Below, piece after piece: positions 9,041-17,704 of a stretch of 32,000 bases of DNA. Under the pieces are notes generated by a model. It did not search any database. It had not been told where the DNA came from and saw only the letters and a program-made list of their open reading frames with translations. The DNA lies in assembly GCF_900289195.1 (NCBI RefSeq), contig NZ_OMOH01000005.1:1-32000 (forward strand), written 5' to 3'. The first letter of the stretch is position 1; each line of letters opens with the position of its first letter. The DNA comes from Propionibacterium ruminifibrarum. GTDB taxonomy: Bacteria; Actinomycetota; Actinomycetes; Propionibacteriales; Propionibacteriaceae. Made by a program: the position numbers and the translations under genes.

Positions 9041-10200
9041 CAGTTCGGTCCCTGCCGGCCGGGATAGCCCGGGTAAGGCGGTTGGGGCGCACCGGGCTCA
9101 CCGGGCCGAGATGCGGCCGGTGGCGCGGTGTGCATGGGCGGGCCGGGAACCGGACCGGGTGGGACGTCGGCCCGGCCGGGCGGGGGAGCGGCCGGTGGCG
9201 CGGTGTGGACGGGCGGGCCGGGCGGAACGGCGCCTGCGGCCGGCGGCTGGGGCCGCCCGGTACCGCTGCGGGGCCCGGCCGCCGGCGCCCAGCCCATGGT
9301 CTGGGCCTGTTTCGCCGTGACGAGGCGTCCGGCACGGGCCAGATCCGAACGGGTGAGCCGCGGGCCGGCGAGGATCATCGCCAGGCAGACCCAGCGTGCC
9401 ACCGAGTTGCCCACGGGGAGCGGCTGGGCCTGCCCGGCGAGCAGGGTCACCAGGATGACGAGCGCCACGATGCCGAGCGCCACGAGGAAGGCGGCGCGCA
9501 GGAAACGCCGCGAACGCGACTGGGTCATCGACAGGATCCACGCCAGGAGAAGCATGGCGAGGGCGAAGGGTTGGATGATGAAGCCAATGGCGAGGCAACC
9601 CAGCATTCCTAGCCCGGTGGTGCGCAGCAGGTTCCCGACGCTGTAGGGCAGCACGCCGGTGTCGGTGAGCAGGACCAGGGGCCCGGTCAACTCGTCGGGG
9701 GTCTCCTGGGGCATCGGCGCCGGAGCCCCAGACCACGAGCCGCCCAGCGGATAGTTGTTCACGGTCTGTGGGGCCGGGCCGGACGCCGGGAGCTGCGCCT
9801 GGGGGGCTCTGTCGGCGCCCTGCTGCGGGGCGGCCGCGACGACGAGTGAGGAGGCGTCCGGTGGTGCGAACTGCGTGGACGACGCGGGGCCGCTGGAGAG
9901 CTCGAACGGTGTCCTCGGGTCGTGCGCGCGCGGACCGGAGGTGGCCAGCAGCGACGTGCTCTCGAAGGGCTTGTGCGGGTCCCGCGGGGCCTGCACGGCC
10001 GGGGCCAGGGATTCGAGTGTGGGTCCCGGATCGTCCGGGGAACGGATCGAGTCCGGGCGGGCGAGGGCGCCGCTCACCTCGACGCCCGGTTCCCGACCCG
10101 GCGCCGCCAGCGGCTCGGCCTTCGGCTGCGCGAACGCGGCCGGCGCCTCACGAGGAGCACCGTCCAGCGTGAGGGTGTCGAAGATGCGCGGCCCTGCCAT
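9037..10200 (-). CDS. Proline-rich integral membrane protein, function unknown
   Basis: Disordered N-terminal half, then three or four TM helices (LGMLGCLAIGFIIQPFALAMLLLAWIL, FLRAAFLVALGIVALVILVTLLAG, WVCLAMILAGP) and a Pro-rich repeated tail. Start taken at ATG 10200 (MAGPRIFDTL); the ORF extends to 10326. Confidence 0.6.
   Translation of the reverse strand: MAGPRIFDTLTLDGAPREAPAAFAQPKAEPLAAPGREPGVEVSGALARPDSIRSPDDPGPTLESLAPAVQAPRDPHKPFESTSLLATSGPRAHDPRTPFELSSGPASSTQFAPPDASSLVVAAAPQQGADRAPQAQLPASGPAPQTVNNYPLGGSWSGAPAPMPQETPDELTGPLVLLTDTGVLPYSVGNLLRTTGLGMLGCLAIGFIIQPFALAMLLLAWILSMTQSRSRRFLRAAFLVALGIVALVILVTLLAGQAQPLPVGNSVARWVCLAMILAGPRLTRSDLARAGRLVTAKQAQTMGWAPAAGPRSGTGRPQPPAAGAVPPGPPVHTAPPAAPPPGRADVPPGPVPGPPMHTAPPAASRPGEPGAPQPPYPGYPGRQGPNW
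9114..9222. repeat. Intragenic tandem duplication, 75-bp period
   Basis: CGGCCGGTGGCGCGGTGTGCATGGGCGGGCCGGG (9114-9147) recurs at 9189-9222 with two mismatches. It encodes the PPGP(P/V)..HTAPPAA repeats of the membrane protein's tail. Confidence 0.7.
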
Positions 10201-10369
10201 GCGGTCAATTCTATGGGCGGTCCTGCGCCGCCGCGGCTGCGCGAGCCACGAGGAGACGAGTCGGCACCGTGCGACAAGGCGAGTTGCCCGTCTCGATAAT
10301 CTTGAAGTGGTCTTCTGCCCCCGCATGAGCGGGAGCGGTCACGGCAGCCCGGAAGAATGAGGTGACCAG

Positions 10370-10756
10370 ATGCCGAGCGGCAGGGTGCGTTTCTTCGACT
10401 CCGAGAAGGGTTTCGGATTCATCACGAAGGATGACGGCGAGGGAGAGGTGTACTTCCGCTCCACCGCACTGCCCTCGGACGTGGCCAGCGTCAAGCGCGG
10501 CCAGCGCGTCGAGTTCGGTGTCATCGAGGGCCGGCGTGGTGAACAGGCGCTGTCGATCACCCTCATCGACCCGCCGCCGTCACTGTCCAAGGCCTCCCGG
10601 CGCAAGCCCGAGGACCTGGCCGTGATGATGGAGGACCTCATCAAACTGCTCGATGGCCTGTCGAACGGATATCGTCGCGGCCGTCATCCCAATCAGAGTC
10701 AGGCCACCAAGATCGCGACCATGTTGCGCGGCGTGGCCGACGAGCTGGAGAAGTAA
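10370..10756 (+). CDS. Cold-shock domain protein with C-terminal extension
   Basis: N-terminus GRVRFFDSEKGFGFITKDDGEGEVYF carries the CSD RNP1/RNP2-like motifs (KGFGFI, VYF). A ~60-aa extra C-terminal helical region follows. GAGGTG lies 6 nt upstream of the ATG. Confidence 0.9.
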   Translation: MPSGRVRFFDSEKGFGFITKDDGEGEVYFRSTALPSDVASVKRGQRVEFGVIEGRRGEQALSITLIDPPPSLSKASRRKPEDLAVMMEDLIKLLDGLSNGYRRGRHPNQSQATKIATMLRGVADELEK

Positions 10757-11541
10757 TGCCATCTGCGCGAACCGCCACCACCAAGACGGACACGGTGCTG
10801 GCCGCAGCCGTCGACGTCGCGCTCACTGCAGCCACCCACCAGGCCGGCGACTTCGGGGTGGGGGAGTACCTCGGCTGCGAACTCGAGGGCGAACGCCTGC
10901 TCACCCACTACTTCGCATGCCCCCACAGCGGTTACCGCGGCTGGCGCTGGGCCGTCACGTTGACCCGCCCCCCGCGGGCCCGCACGGCAACCGTCGACGA
11001 GGTCGTCCTGATCCCCGGTGACGACGCGCTGCTCGCCACCGAGTGGGTGCCGTGGGCCGACCGCGTCCGCCCGGACGATGTCACGCCCGGCACGCTGCTG
11101 CCCACCGCGGACAACGATCCGAGGGTGGAGCCCGGTTTCACCGGCGGCGAGATGGCCGCGGACGAGGACCCGGCCGAGTGGAGCGCGACCCGTGACATCG
11201 TCTCGGACCTCGGCCTGGGGCGGGAACGAGTGCTCTCCCACGAGGGACGATCACGGGCGGCCGAGCGCTGGCTCGGCGGCGAGGGCGGCCCGGACAACGC
11301 CTCGACGCGGCACGCGCCGGGCCTGTGCGTCGAATGCGCCTACTTCCAGCGCATCACCGGGTCACTCGGCGTGCTCTTCGGCGTGTGCACCAACGAGTAC
11401 TCCCCGCGGGACGCCAAGGTCGTCAGCATCGACCACGGTTGCGGCGGACACTCGAACGTCGTCGCCGACCAGCGCGGCGTCGATCTGCCCGCTCCCGTCT
11501 ACGACACGATCGGCGCGGACGACAAGGCGATCTTCGACTGA
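10756..11541 (+). CDS. DUF3027-like protein (conserved actinobacterial Csp neighbour)
   Basis: 261 aa. The ATG overlaps the csp stop (TAATG). C-terminal Cys/His cluster CVEC...C...HGCGGH. Family name is from memory of csp-linked actinobacterial genes. Confidence 0.65.
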   Translation: MPSARTATTKTDTVLAAAVDVALTAATHQAGDFGVGEYLGCELEGERLLTHYFACPHSGYRGWRWAVTLTRPPRARTATVDEVVLIPGDDALLATEWVPWADRVRPDDVTPGTLLPTADNDPRVEPGFTGGEMAADEDPAEWSATRDIVSDLGLGRERVLSHEGRSRAAERWLGGEGGPDNASTRHAPGLCVECAYFQRITGSLGVLFGVCTNEYSPRDAKVVSIDHGCGGHSNVVADQRGVDLPAPVYDTIGADDKAIFD

Positions 11542-11670
11542 CCCCGCCCCGGTGCTGCAGCTGCCCGGCACGGGCGGCCACGAGGGTCCCGGCGTGACGG
11601 CGGCACGGCTGCCGGCACACTCCGCGGTCACGGTGCGGCAACGGTGGCAGGCGCCGCTACCATATCCGCC

Positions 11671-13212
11671 ATGGCGTCTGTGTCCCCTGAAAAAACCCTG
11701 GAGGGCTCGTCCTTCGTCGAGCGCTGGTTCCGCGTCTCCGAGCGCGGCTCATCCATCGGCCAGGAGCTGCGCGGCGGTCTGGTGACCTTCTTCACCATGG
11801 CCTACATCCTCGCGCTCAACCCGCTGGTCATCGGTACCGCTGCCGACTCGCAGGGGAACCTGATCTCGGGTGCCCCCAAGTACACCGACGCCGCGGCGGG
11901 CATCATCGACCAGGCCGCGGTCAACCACTCGATCGCCATGGTCGCCGCCGCGACGGCCTTCATCGCGGGCATCAGCACGATCCTCATGGGCGTCATCGGT
12001 CGATTCCCGATCGGTCTCGCCGCCGGTCTGGGCCTGAACGCCATGTGCGCCTACGTCATCGCCCCCAACTCCACCTGGCCGCGGACGATGGGCATGATCC
12101 TCATCGAGGGCATCATCATCACCCTGCTCGTCCTGACCGGGTTCCGTGAGGCCGTCTTCCGTGCCGTGCCCCGGGAACTGCGCGTTGCCATCTCGGTGGG
12201 TATCGGCTTGTTCGTCGCCTTCGTCGGTCTCGTCGACGCCAACATCGTCACCCCCGGCTCGGGAACCCCGGTGCAGCTGGGTCTGGATGGTTCCCTCGGC
12301 ACGCTGCCGCAGCTCATTTTCGTCATCGGGCTGCTGATCCTGCTGTTCCTGTACGTGCGCGCCAAGCGCGGGGCCATGCTCATCGCCATCATCGCCACGA
12401 CAGTGCTCGCCATCATCGTCCAGGCCGTCGCCAAGATTCCCGCCACCCTGCCCGACGGCAGCACCAACCCGGACGGCTGGGCACTCAACGTGCCGGCCTG
12501 GCCCGGCGCCTCGGCCTTCGTCGCCCCCGACCTGGGACTCTTCGGCCGTGTCGACCTGGTGGGCGCCTTCGCCAACGCCGATGGCCAGTTCACCGTCGCC
12601 AGCGTGCTCGGGGCCGTCATGCTCATCTTCTCGCTGCTGCTGGCCGACTTCTTCGACACGGTCGGCACCGTCGTCGCCGTGGGCGCCGAGGGCGGCATCC
12701 TCGACGAGGACGGAGAGCCCCCGCACCTGCGCGGCATCCTGCTCGCCGACTCCCTCGCCGCGGTGCTCGGCGGCCTGGGATCCACCTCGTCCAACACCTC
12801 ATACATCGAATCGACCGCGGGCGTTGCCGAGGGCGCCCGCACCGGCGTCGCCTCGATCTTCACCGGTGTCTGCTTCCTGCTGGCCACCTTCCTGTCCCCG
12901 CTGACGAACATGGTGCCCTCGGAGGCCGTGGCGCCGGTGCTCGTACTCGTCGGCTTCCTCATGATGCAGCAGGTCGGGGAGATCGACTGGCATCATCTGG
13001 TCGACGCCATCCCCGCCTTCATCACGATCGTGCTCATGCCCTTCAGCTACTCGATCTCGGTGGGCATCGGCGCCGGTTTCGTCATCTTCATCGTGCTCAA
13101 GGTCTTCCAGGGCAAGGCCCGCCACATCCACCCGCTCATGTGGGTGGTGGGTGCGCTGTTCGTCGTCTACTTCGCCTCCGACGTCATCAACGGGGCGATC
13201 GCCGGGGCCTAG
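11671..13212 (+). CDS. NCS2/AzgA-family purine (adenine/guanine/hypoxanthine) permease
   Basis: N-terminus FVERWFRVSERGSSIGQELRGGLVTFFTMAYILALNP and 12 or more hydrophobic segments are typical of AzgA/PbuG-type permeases. Start chosen at ATG 11671; the ORF opens at 11644. Confidence 0.85.
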   Translation: MASVSPEKTLEGSSFVERWFRVSERGSSIGQELRGGLVTFFTMAYILALNPLVIGTAADSQGNLISGAPKYTDAAAGIIDQAAVNHSIAMVAAATAFIAGISTILMGVIGRFPIGLAAGLGLNAMCAYVIAPNSTWPRTMGMILIEGIIITLLVLTGFREAVFRAVPRELRVAISVGIGLFVAFVGLVDANIVTPGSGTPVQLGLDGSLGTLPQLIFVIGLLILLFLYVRAKRGAMLIAIIATTVLAIIVQAVAKIPATLPDGSTNPDGWALNVPAWPGASAFVAPDLGLFGRVDLVGAFANADGQFTVASVLGAVMLIFSLLLADFFDTVGTVVAVGAEGGILDEDGEPPHLRGILLADSLAAVLGGLGSTSSNTSYIESTAGVAEGARTGVASIFTGVCFLLATFLSPLTNMVPSEAVAPVLVLVGFLMMQQVGEIDWHHLVDAIPAFITIVLMPFSYSISVGIGAGFVIFIVLKVFQGKARHIHPLMWVVGALFVVYFASDVINGAIAGA

Positions 13213-13239
13213 CGGCCGACGGTGCCACGAGGAGGGCTG

Positions 13240-14217
13240 ATGGGCAGGCCACGTTCCCGCCGCCGACCGGTGGTCGTCGTCTGCGTCGCCCTGGCAGTGC
13301 TCCTGGCGCTCGCCTTGGCCGTCGTCCATGTCGTCGGCCCGTCGTACGGTGTCTGGCTGGTCCCCCCGTCACCGCGCGCTCACGGCGAGCACGCCCTCTC
13401 GCTCATGGACCAGGGGCTGCACGCCCACGGCGACGAGTGGGACCGGAAGCGGGCCGAGGCCCTTGACGCGGTCGCCACGGCACGAAGCCGTGACGAGGTC
13501 AACGAGATCATCGACGATGCGCTCGCGGTGGCGGGCGGACCGCACTCCTTCCTGCTCACCGACGAGGAGCAGCAGCAGACTCAGGAGGACTACCAGGCTC
13601 CCACGCACCGGGTGGACGGTGGGGTGATGACCGTCAAGCTCCCCGCCTTCTCCGGCACGGCGGAACAGGGACAGCAGTACGCCGACGAACTCGCCACGGC
13701 ACTGGCCGCATCCGGGGCGTGTGGGGTTGTCGTCGACCTGTCCGACAACAGTGGCGGTGACATGGGGCCGATGCTGGCCGGGCTCTCACCGCTCATCCCC
13801 GATGGGCCGGTGGTCAGTTTCGACACCTCGCTGGCCCAGAGCCAGGTGGTGCTCGACGGCGGTTCGGTCAGCGGCGGCGGAACCCCGACGACGGCTGAGG
13901 CGGGCAGCTCGAAGCTCGGCGTCCCGGTGGCCATCATCACCAGCGGCCGGACGGCGAGTTCGGGGGAGCAGGCCCGGCTCGCCTTCAACGGGATCGCCGA
14001 CACGCGCGTGTTCGGGCAACCGACGCGAGGCTATGCCTCGGTGAACCAGGGTTTTAGGCTCTACGGCGGGCTCACCATGTTCCTCACCGTCGGTGAGACC
14101 CTGGACCGCGAGGGGACGCGCTTCGGTGAGACCCCCATCGAACCAGATGAGCGCGTCGACCTCGACCAGGCACCCTCGGCGGCCGCGGCGTGGCTGGACT
14201 CGAAGGGCTGCCGATGA
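13240..14217 (+). CDS. S41-family (tail-specific/nisin-resistance-like) peptidase, secreted or membrane anchored
   Basis: N-terminal signal/anchor RRRPVVVVCVALAVLLALALAVV. VVDLSDNSGGDM and TSGRTASSGE segments resemble the S41 catalytic Ser/Lys region. GAGGAGGG lies 4 nt upstream of ATG 13240. Confidence 0.65.
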   Translation: MGRPRSRRRPVVVVCVALAVLLALALAVVHVVGPSYGVWLVPPSPRAHGEHALSLMDQGLHAHGDEWDRKRAEALDAVATARSRDEVNEIIDDALAVAGGPHSFLLTDEEQQQTQEDYQAPTHRVDGGVMTVKLPAFSGTAEQGQQYADELATALAASGACGVVVDLSDNSGGDMGPMLAGLSPLIPDGPVVSFDTSLAQSQVVLDGGSVSGGGTPTTAEAGSSKLGVPVAIITSGRTASSGEQARLAFNGIADTRVFGQPTRGYASVNQGFRLYGGLTMFLTVGETLDREGTRFGETPIEPDERVDLDQAPSAAAAWLDSKGCR

Positions 14218-14354
14218 CCCCCAGGGGGTGTGGGGAGCACGTGGCCGTTGGTCGTGTTTTCCAGGCCACCCCGGAGGGGCCTGCGGGCCTGGGGAGACGG
14301 TCTGCGCATAGAGTGTCCCGCGTGGACAATCAGCAGGACAGCGCCAGGACGCCC

Positions 14355-14666
14355 ATGCGACGCCGCGTGAGGGCGGCCCTTGTCGGCATCGTGCTCGCGC
14401 TCGGGTTGCTGGTGCCGGCTCCGGTGGTGGCCGACCCCGTTCCGGCCGAGCCCGTGCCACAGGCCACCTCGACGGCCACCGGTACCGCCGACGGGCAGGC
14501 CGCGTCACAGGCCGCAGGGTCCGACACCGCTGCGGAGTCCACGGTGGCGGGCGGTTCGCTCAGCCGTAAGAAGACGATCGCGGCCCTCGTCCTCAGTTTC
14601 GTCGTCGCGCTCGTCGCGGCCATCTTCGTCCTGCGGCGCTCGGCGCAGGACAACCGGCTGGGCTGA
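14355..14666 (+). CDS. Small secreted, C-terminally anchored protein, unknown function
   Basis: Signal peptide MRRRVRAALVGIVLALGLLVPAPVVA, low-complexity A/T/S/Q region, C-terminal TM helix plus basic tail. No LPXTG motif seen. Start chosen inside the 158-aa ORF. Confidence 0.5.
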   Translation: MRRRVRAALVGIVLALGLLVPAPVVADPVPAEPVPQATSTATGTADGQAASQAAGSDTAAESTVAGGSLSRKKTIAALVLSFVVALVAAIFVLRRSAQDNRLG

Positions 14667-14676
14667 GCCCAGCCGG
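14654..14676. terminator. Bidirectional hairpin between convergent genes
   Basis: Perfect 10-bp stem CCGGCTGGGC / GCCCAGCCGG. Its 3-nt loop is the TGA stop of the upstream plus-strand gene, and it lies 11 nt before the serC stop. Confidence 0.5.
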
Positions 14677-14686
14677 CCATGAGGCA

Positions 14687-15811
14687 TCAGACGACGATGC
14701 GTTCGAGCACCCAGTCGATGCAGCCGAGGAGCCGGCTCACGTCCTCGGGGTCGACGGAGGCGAAGACGCCGATGCGCATCTGGTCGGTGCCCAGCGCGCG
14801 GTAGGGCTCGACGTCGAGGATCCCGTTGGCGCGCAGCGTGCTGCACAGCAGCGGGGCGTCGACCGCCTCGTCGAAGACGATGGTCGTCACGACGGGGGAG
14901 CGCTGCGCCGGGTCGGCGACGAACGGGTGGGCGTACTGGTGGGCCTCGGCCCACTCGTAGACGCGGCCGGAGGAATCGGCGGTGCGCGCCGTGACGAAGC
15001 CCATGCCGCCGTTGTCGAGCATCCAGCCGAGTTGCTCGTCGAGCAGGATGAGTGTGGCCAGGGCCGGGGTGTTGAGGGTCTGGTCCTTCGCCGAGTTGCT
15101 TGCCGCCAGCGTCAGGTTGAGGGTGTCGGGAACCCAGCGCCCGTCATGGCCGCTCGTGAGGCGGGCCGAGCGTTCCAGCGCGGCGGGCGAGCAGAAGGAC
15201 AACCACAGTCCGCCGTCGGAGCTGAAGTTCTTCTGCGGGGAGAAGTACAGGGCGTCGGCCTGGGCCAGGTCCGCGTCGATGCCTCCGGCGGCGCTCGTCG
15301 CGTCAACGAGGACGAGGGCGCCGTCGTCGACGCCGGCCGGGCGCTCCACCGGCATGGCCACGCCGGTGGAGGTCTCGTTCTGCGCCCATGCGTAGGCATC
15401 CGCCCCGGCCTCGACGGCGGGCAGGCAGCCCGAGCCGAAGGGGGCCTCGGTGACGACGGGTGGCTTCAACCACGGTGCGCGGGAGGCGGCGGTGGCGAAC
15501 TTCTTGGTGAAAGAACCGTACGAGGCATGTGAGGAACACCGTTCGATGAGGCTGACGCACGCCAGGTCCCAGAAACTCGTCGCACCACCGTTGCCGAGGA
15601 CGACCTGGTAGCCATCGGGCATCGAGTAGAGCTCGGCGAGGCGCTCCTTGATCCGGGCCACGAGGTTGCGTACCGCGGGCTTGCGGTGGGACGTGCCGAT
15701 CAGTGGGCTGGCTGCCACCGCGGCGAGCGCGTCAGGACGCACCTTGGCCGGGCCGGAGCCGAAACGGCCGTCGGCGGGCAGGAGCTCAGCGGGAATCACG
15801 AGATCACTCAC
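14687..15811 (-). CDS. serC: Phosphoserine aminotransferase (actinobacterial SerC type)
   Basis: PADGRFGSGPAKVRP...GTSHRKPAVRNLV...PDGYQVVLGNGGATSFWD closely parallels mycobacterial SerC as I remember it. Start placed at GTG 15811 to match that N-terminus; an in-frame ATG at 15862 is the alternative. Confidence 0.9.
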   Translation of the reverse strand: MSDLVIPAELLPADGRFGSGPAKVRPDALAAVAASPLIGTSHRKPAVRNLVARIKERLAELYSMPDGYQVVLGNGGATSFWDLACVSLIERCSSHASYGSFTKKFATAASRAPWLKPPVVTEAPFGSGCLPAVEAGADAYAWAQNETSTGVAMPVERPAGVDDGALVLVDATSAAGGIDADLAQADALYFSPQKNFSSDGGLWLSFCSPAALERSARLTSGHDGRWVPDTLNLTLAASNSAKDQTLNTPALATLILLDEQLGWMLDNGGMGFVTARTADSSGRVYEWAEAHQYAHPFVADPAQRSPVVTTIVFDEAVDAPLLCSTLRANGILDVEPYRALGTDQMRIGVFASVDPEDVSRLLGCIDWVLERIVV

Positions 15812-15976
15812 CCCTCGATTCTCCCACCACGGCCCGGCGAGTACGCGAGGAGAAACGCTCATTCGGCCGCGTCAGCTGGCGTTCCGGGAGATGATGAGGG
15901 AACACTGGCCTTGGGGAATATTCGGGAAGACTTGACGGCTAGTCTTTTCAGAATCGAGAAGAAGTGAGGGCATGGC

Positions 15977-16666
15977 ATGAGCGGCGAGCTGATTGATACC
16001 TCCCAAATGTATCTGCGGACGGTCTACGAGCTGGAGGAGGCCGACATCGAGCCAAAACGTGCTCGCATCGTCGACAGGCTCCACCAGGCGGGGCCCACGG
16101 TCTCCCAGACCGTTGCCCGCATGGAGCGCGACGGTCTCATGCGGCTGACGGAGGAACGCACCATCGAGTTGACCCGGTCTGGTTTCGATGAGGCGCGCAA
16201 GGTCATGCGACACCACCGGCTGGCCGAGTGCTTCCTCATCGACGTTCTCGGGCTCGACTACGACAAGGCCCATGACGAGGCCTGCCGTTGGGAGCACGTG
16301 ATGAGCGAGGAGGTCACCGAACGCATGGCTGAGCGGCTCGGTCACCCCACCGCCAGCCCGTACGGCGCCCCGATCCCCACGGCGACCGCCCGCAAGGTAC
16401 GTCGCCTGGCCGACTACGGTCAGGATCTGCGTTCAGCCGTCGCGGCCGGACTGGACAGGGTCGTTTTCGTCATGGTCGACGAGCGACCGCAGACCGATTC
16501 CGACTTCATGGCCCAGCTCGCCGCGTCGCAGATCCGTCCCGGTGACGTCGTGGTCCTCGGCGGGCAGGGCGATGACTTCGCTCTGGCCAGCGAGGACGGT
16601 CAGCGCACAGTGAGCATTCCACGCGAGTACGCGGGGTCGATACGGGTCAAGTCAGCCCACCACTGA
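15977..16666 (+). CDS. DtxR/IdeR/MntR-family metal-dependent transcriptional repressor with C-terminal SH3-like domain
   Basis: TSQMYLRTVYELEE...PTVSQTVARMERDGL winged-HTH, dimerisation/metal-site region (HHRLAECFL...H..ACRWEH), ~70-aa C-terminal domain. Confidence 0.9.
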   Translation: MSGELIDTSQMYLRTVYELEEADIEPKRARIVDRLHQAGPTVSQTVARMERDGLMRLTEERTIELTRSGFDEARKVMRHHRLAECFLIDVLGLDYDKAHDEACRWEHVMSEEVTERMAERLGHPTASPYGAPIPTATARKVRRLADYGQDLRSAVAAGLDRVVFVMVDERPQTDSDFMAQLAASQIRPGDVVVLGGQGDDFALASEDGQRTVSIPREYAGSIRVKSAHH

Positions 16667-16797
16667 GCGGGGTGCGGCCGGGCGGGGCACGGCGGCGGTG
16701 ATGCTCGGGGCCACCCGGAATAACCCGGTGGCCCCGATGTGTTCTACAGGCGACAACGCCCCGGCTGGAGCCGGAGCCCATTCGTGAAAGGACGACC

Positions 16798-17151
16798 ATG
16801 GCGACCATCGCACTGGATGAGGCCAACTTCGAGAGCACGGTGACCTCCGACGGCATCGTGCTCGTGGACTTCTGGGCCGAGTGGTGCGGACCCTGCAAGC
16901 GGTTCGGGCCGATTTACGAGAACGCCAGCGGCAAGAACGAGGACATCGTCTTCGGCAAGGTCGACACCGAGGCGGCGCAGGACTTGGCGGCGCAGCTGCA
17001 GATCCAGGCCATCCCCACGCTGATGGCCTTCAAGGGCGGCAAGCTGCTGTTCCGCAACGCGGGTGCCCTCAACGCCGCCCAGCTCGACGGACTCATCTCG
17101 CAGATCCGTGAGTACGAGCCCTCCGAGAGCGACAGCGACGAGGCGGTCTGA
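16798..17151 (+). CDS. trxA: Thioredoxin
   Basis: 117 aa with the active site WAEWCGPCK and a thioredoxin-fold length. GAAAGGA lies upstream of the ATG. Confidence 0.9.
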   Translation: MATIALDEANFESTVTSDGIVLVDFWAEWCGPCKRFGPIYENASGKNEDIVFGKVDTEAAQDLAAQLQIQAIPTLMAFKGGKLLFRNAGALNAAQLDGLISQIREYEPSESDSDEAV

Positions 17152-17169
17152 GAGGACCCCCGGAACCGT

Positions 17170-17222
17170 GGCGCGTCCTGCGCCCGGCCAGCGGCCGGGG
17201 CAGGGCGCGCCCCTTCTTTTCC
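17170..17222 (+). terminator. Intrinsic terminator of thioredoxin gene
   Basis: Long GC hairpin GGCGCGTCCTGCGCCCGGCC (17170-17189) / GGCCGGGGCAGGGCGCGCC (17193-17211), loop AGC, followed by CCTTCTTTTCC. Confidence 0.7.
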
Positions 17223-17374
17223 GGGGCGGCTGCGGCCTCGTCCGCCGCACGGGGAGGGACATGCTCGAGGCGTGGCCCGCGTACGGGATGAGGCAGGGGC
17301 CACCTGGGCGGCGCGATGATCCAGGCGGTTGGCCTCCAGTGCCGACGAGCAGCGCACTGGGGCCTCGCCCTCGG

Positions 17375-17447
17375 CGGCCCCGAAAGGATTCGAACCTTCG
17401 ACACGCGGTTTAGGAAACCGCTGCTCTATCCCCTGAGCTACGGGGCC
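17375..17447 (-). tRNA. tRNA-Arg (anticodon CCT)
   Basis: Hand-folded 73-nt cloverleaf: GGCCCCG/TA/GCTC-AGGGGATA-GAGC/A/GCGGT-TTCCTAA-ACCGC/GTGTC/GAAGG-TTCGAAT-CCTTT/CGGGGCC/G. CCA is not encoded. Confidence 0.9.
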
Positions 17448-17588
17448 TTGCCCGTTCAGCCTAGCCGCACGGGCAAGGCCAGGACAAAATCGTCGCGCAG
17501 GTCCGGGTGGGAAGATGCTCCCAGCCGAGGGGGCGGGACGAACGGGTCATTGTTTTATAAACAATTCCTGAGGATTTCTCTCAGATCC

Positions 17589-17616
17589 TTGTCTCGGGTT
17601 CGGCGGGCTCTATGAT
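17589..17616 (+). promoter_or_regulatory. Candidate sigma-A type promoter (TTGTCT-N16-TATGAT)
   Basis: -35-like TTGTCT (17589-17594) and -10-like TATGAT (17611-17616) in an unusually AT-rich patch. Prediction by eye only. Confidence 0.3.
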
Positions 17617-17622
17617 CGTTAC

Positions 17623-17704
17623 CGGAGACGACGCCTTGCTGTTGTAGGTCTCCTGGGGGTGGGCAGACGGCTTCGGCTCCTCAGCGGGCGTCGTCTTCTT
17701 TTAT
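17623..17704 (+). ncRNA. Candidate ~80-nt structured RNA (orphan terminator-like element or leader of the UGPase gene)
   Basis: 10-bp stem AGACGACGCC (17626-17635) / GGCGTCGTCT (17687-17696), extended by GCTG/CAGC (17638-41 / 17682-85), followed by TCTTTTAT. No plus-strand gene lies upstream for it to terminate. Confidence 0.25.

Noticed and set aside
9037-10326. The full 429-aa ORF start (ATG 10326) for the membrane protein.
   Set aside because: The first 42 codons are Arg-rich, run into the divergent csp promoter/leader region and lack an RBS. ATG 10200 gives a more plausible N-terminus, though the start remains uncertain.
11542-11670. Looked for a purine riboswitch upstream of the purine permease gene.
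   Set aside because: The region is GC-rich and lacks the conserved purine-riboswitch loop and junction sequences I can recall. No convincing three-way junction was seen by eye.
15927-15946. Inverted repeat AAGACT-N8-AGTCTT in the serC/dtxR divergent region, considered as a DtxR/IdeR autoregulatory operator.
   Set aside because: My best alignment to the iron-box consensus TTAGGTTAGGCTAACCTAA gives only about 7/19 matches. It may be a different operator or chance, so it is not called.
17550-17564. Near-palindrome TTGTTT-TAT-AAACAA as a stand-alone regulatory site call.
   Set aside because: It has only 6-bp arms in an AT-rich patch and I can match it to no known regulator. It is mentioned within the intergenic finding but not annotated as a feature.
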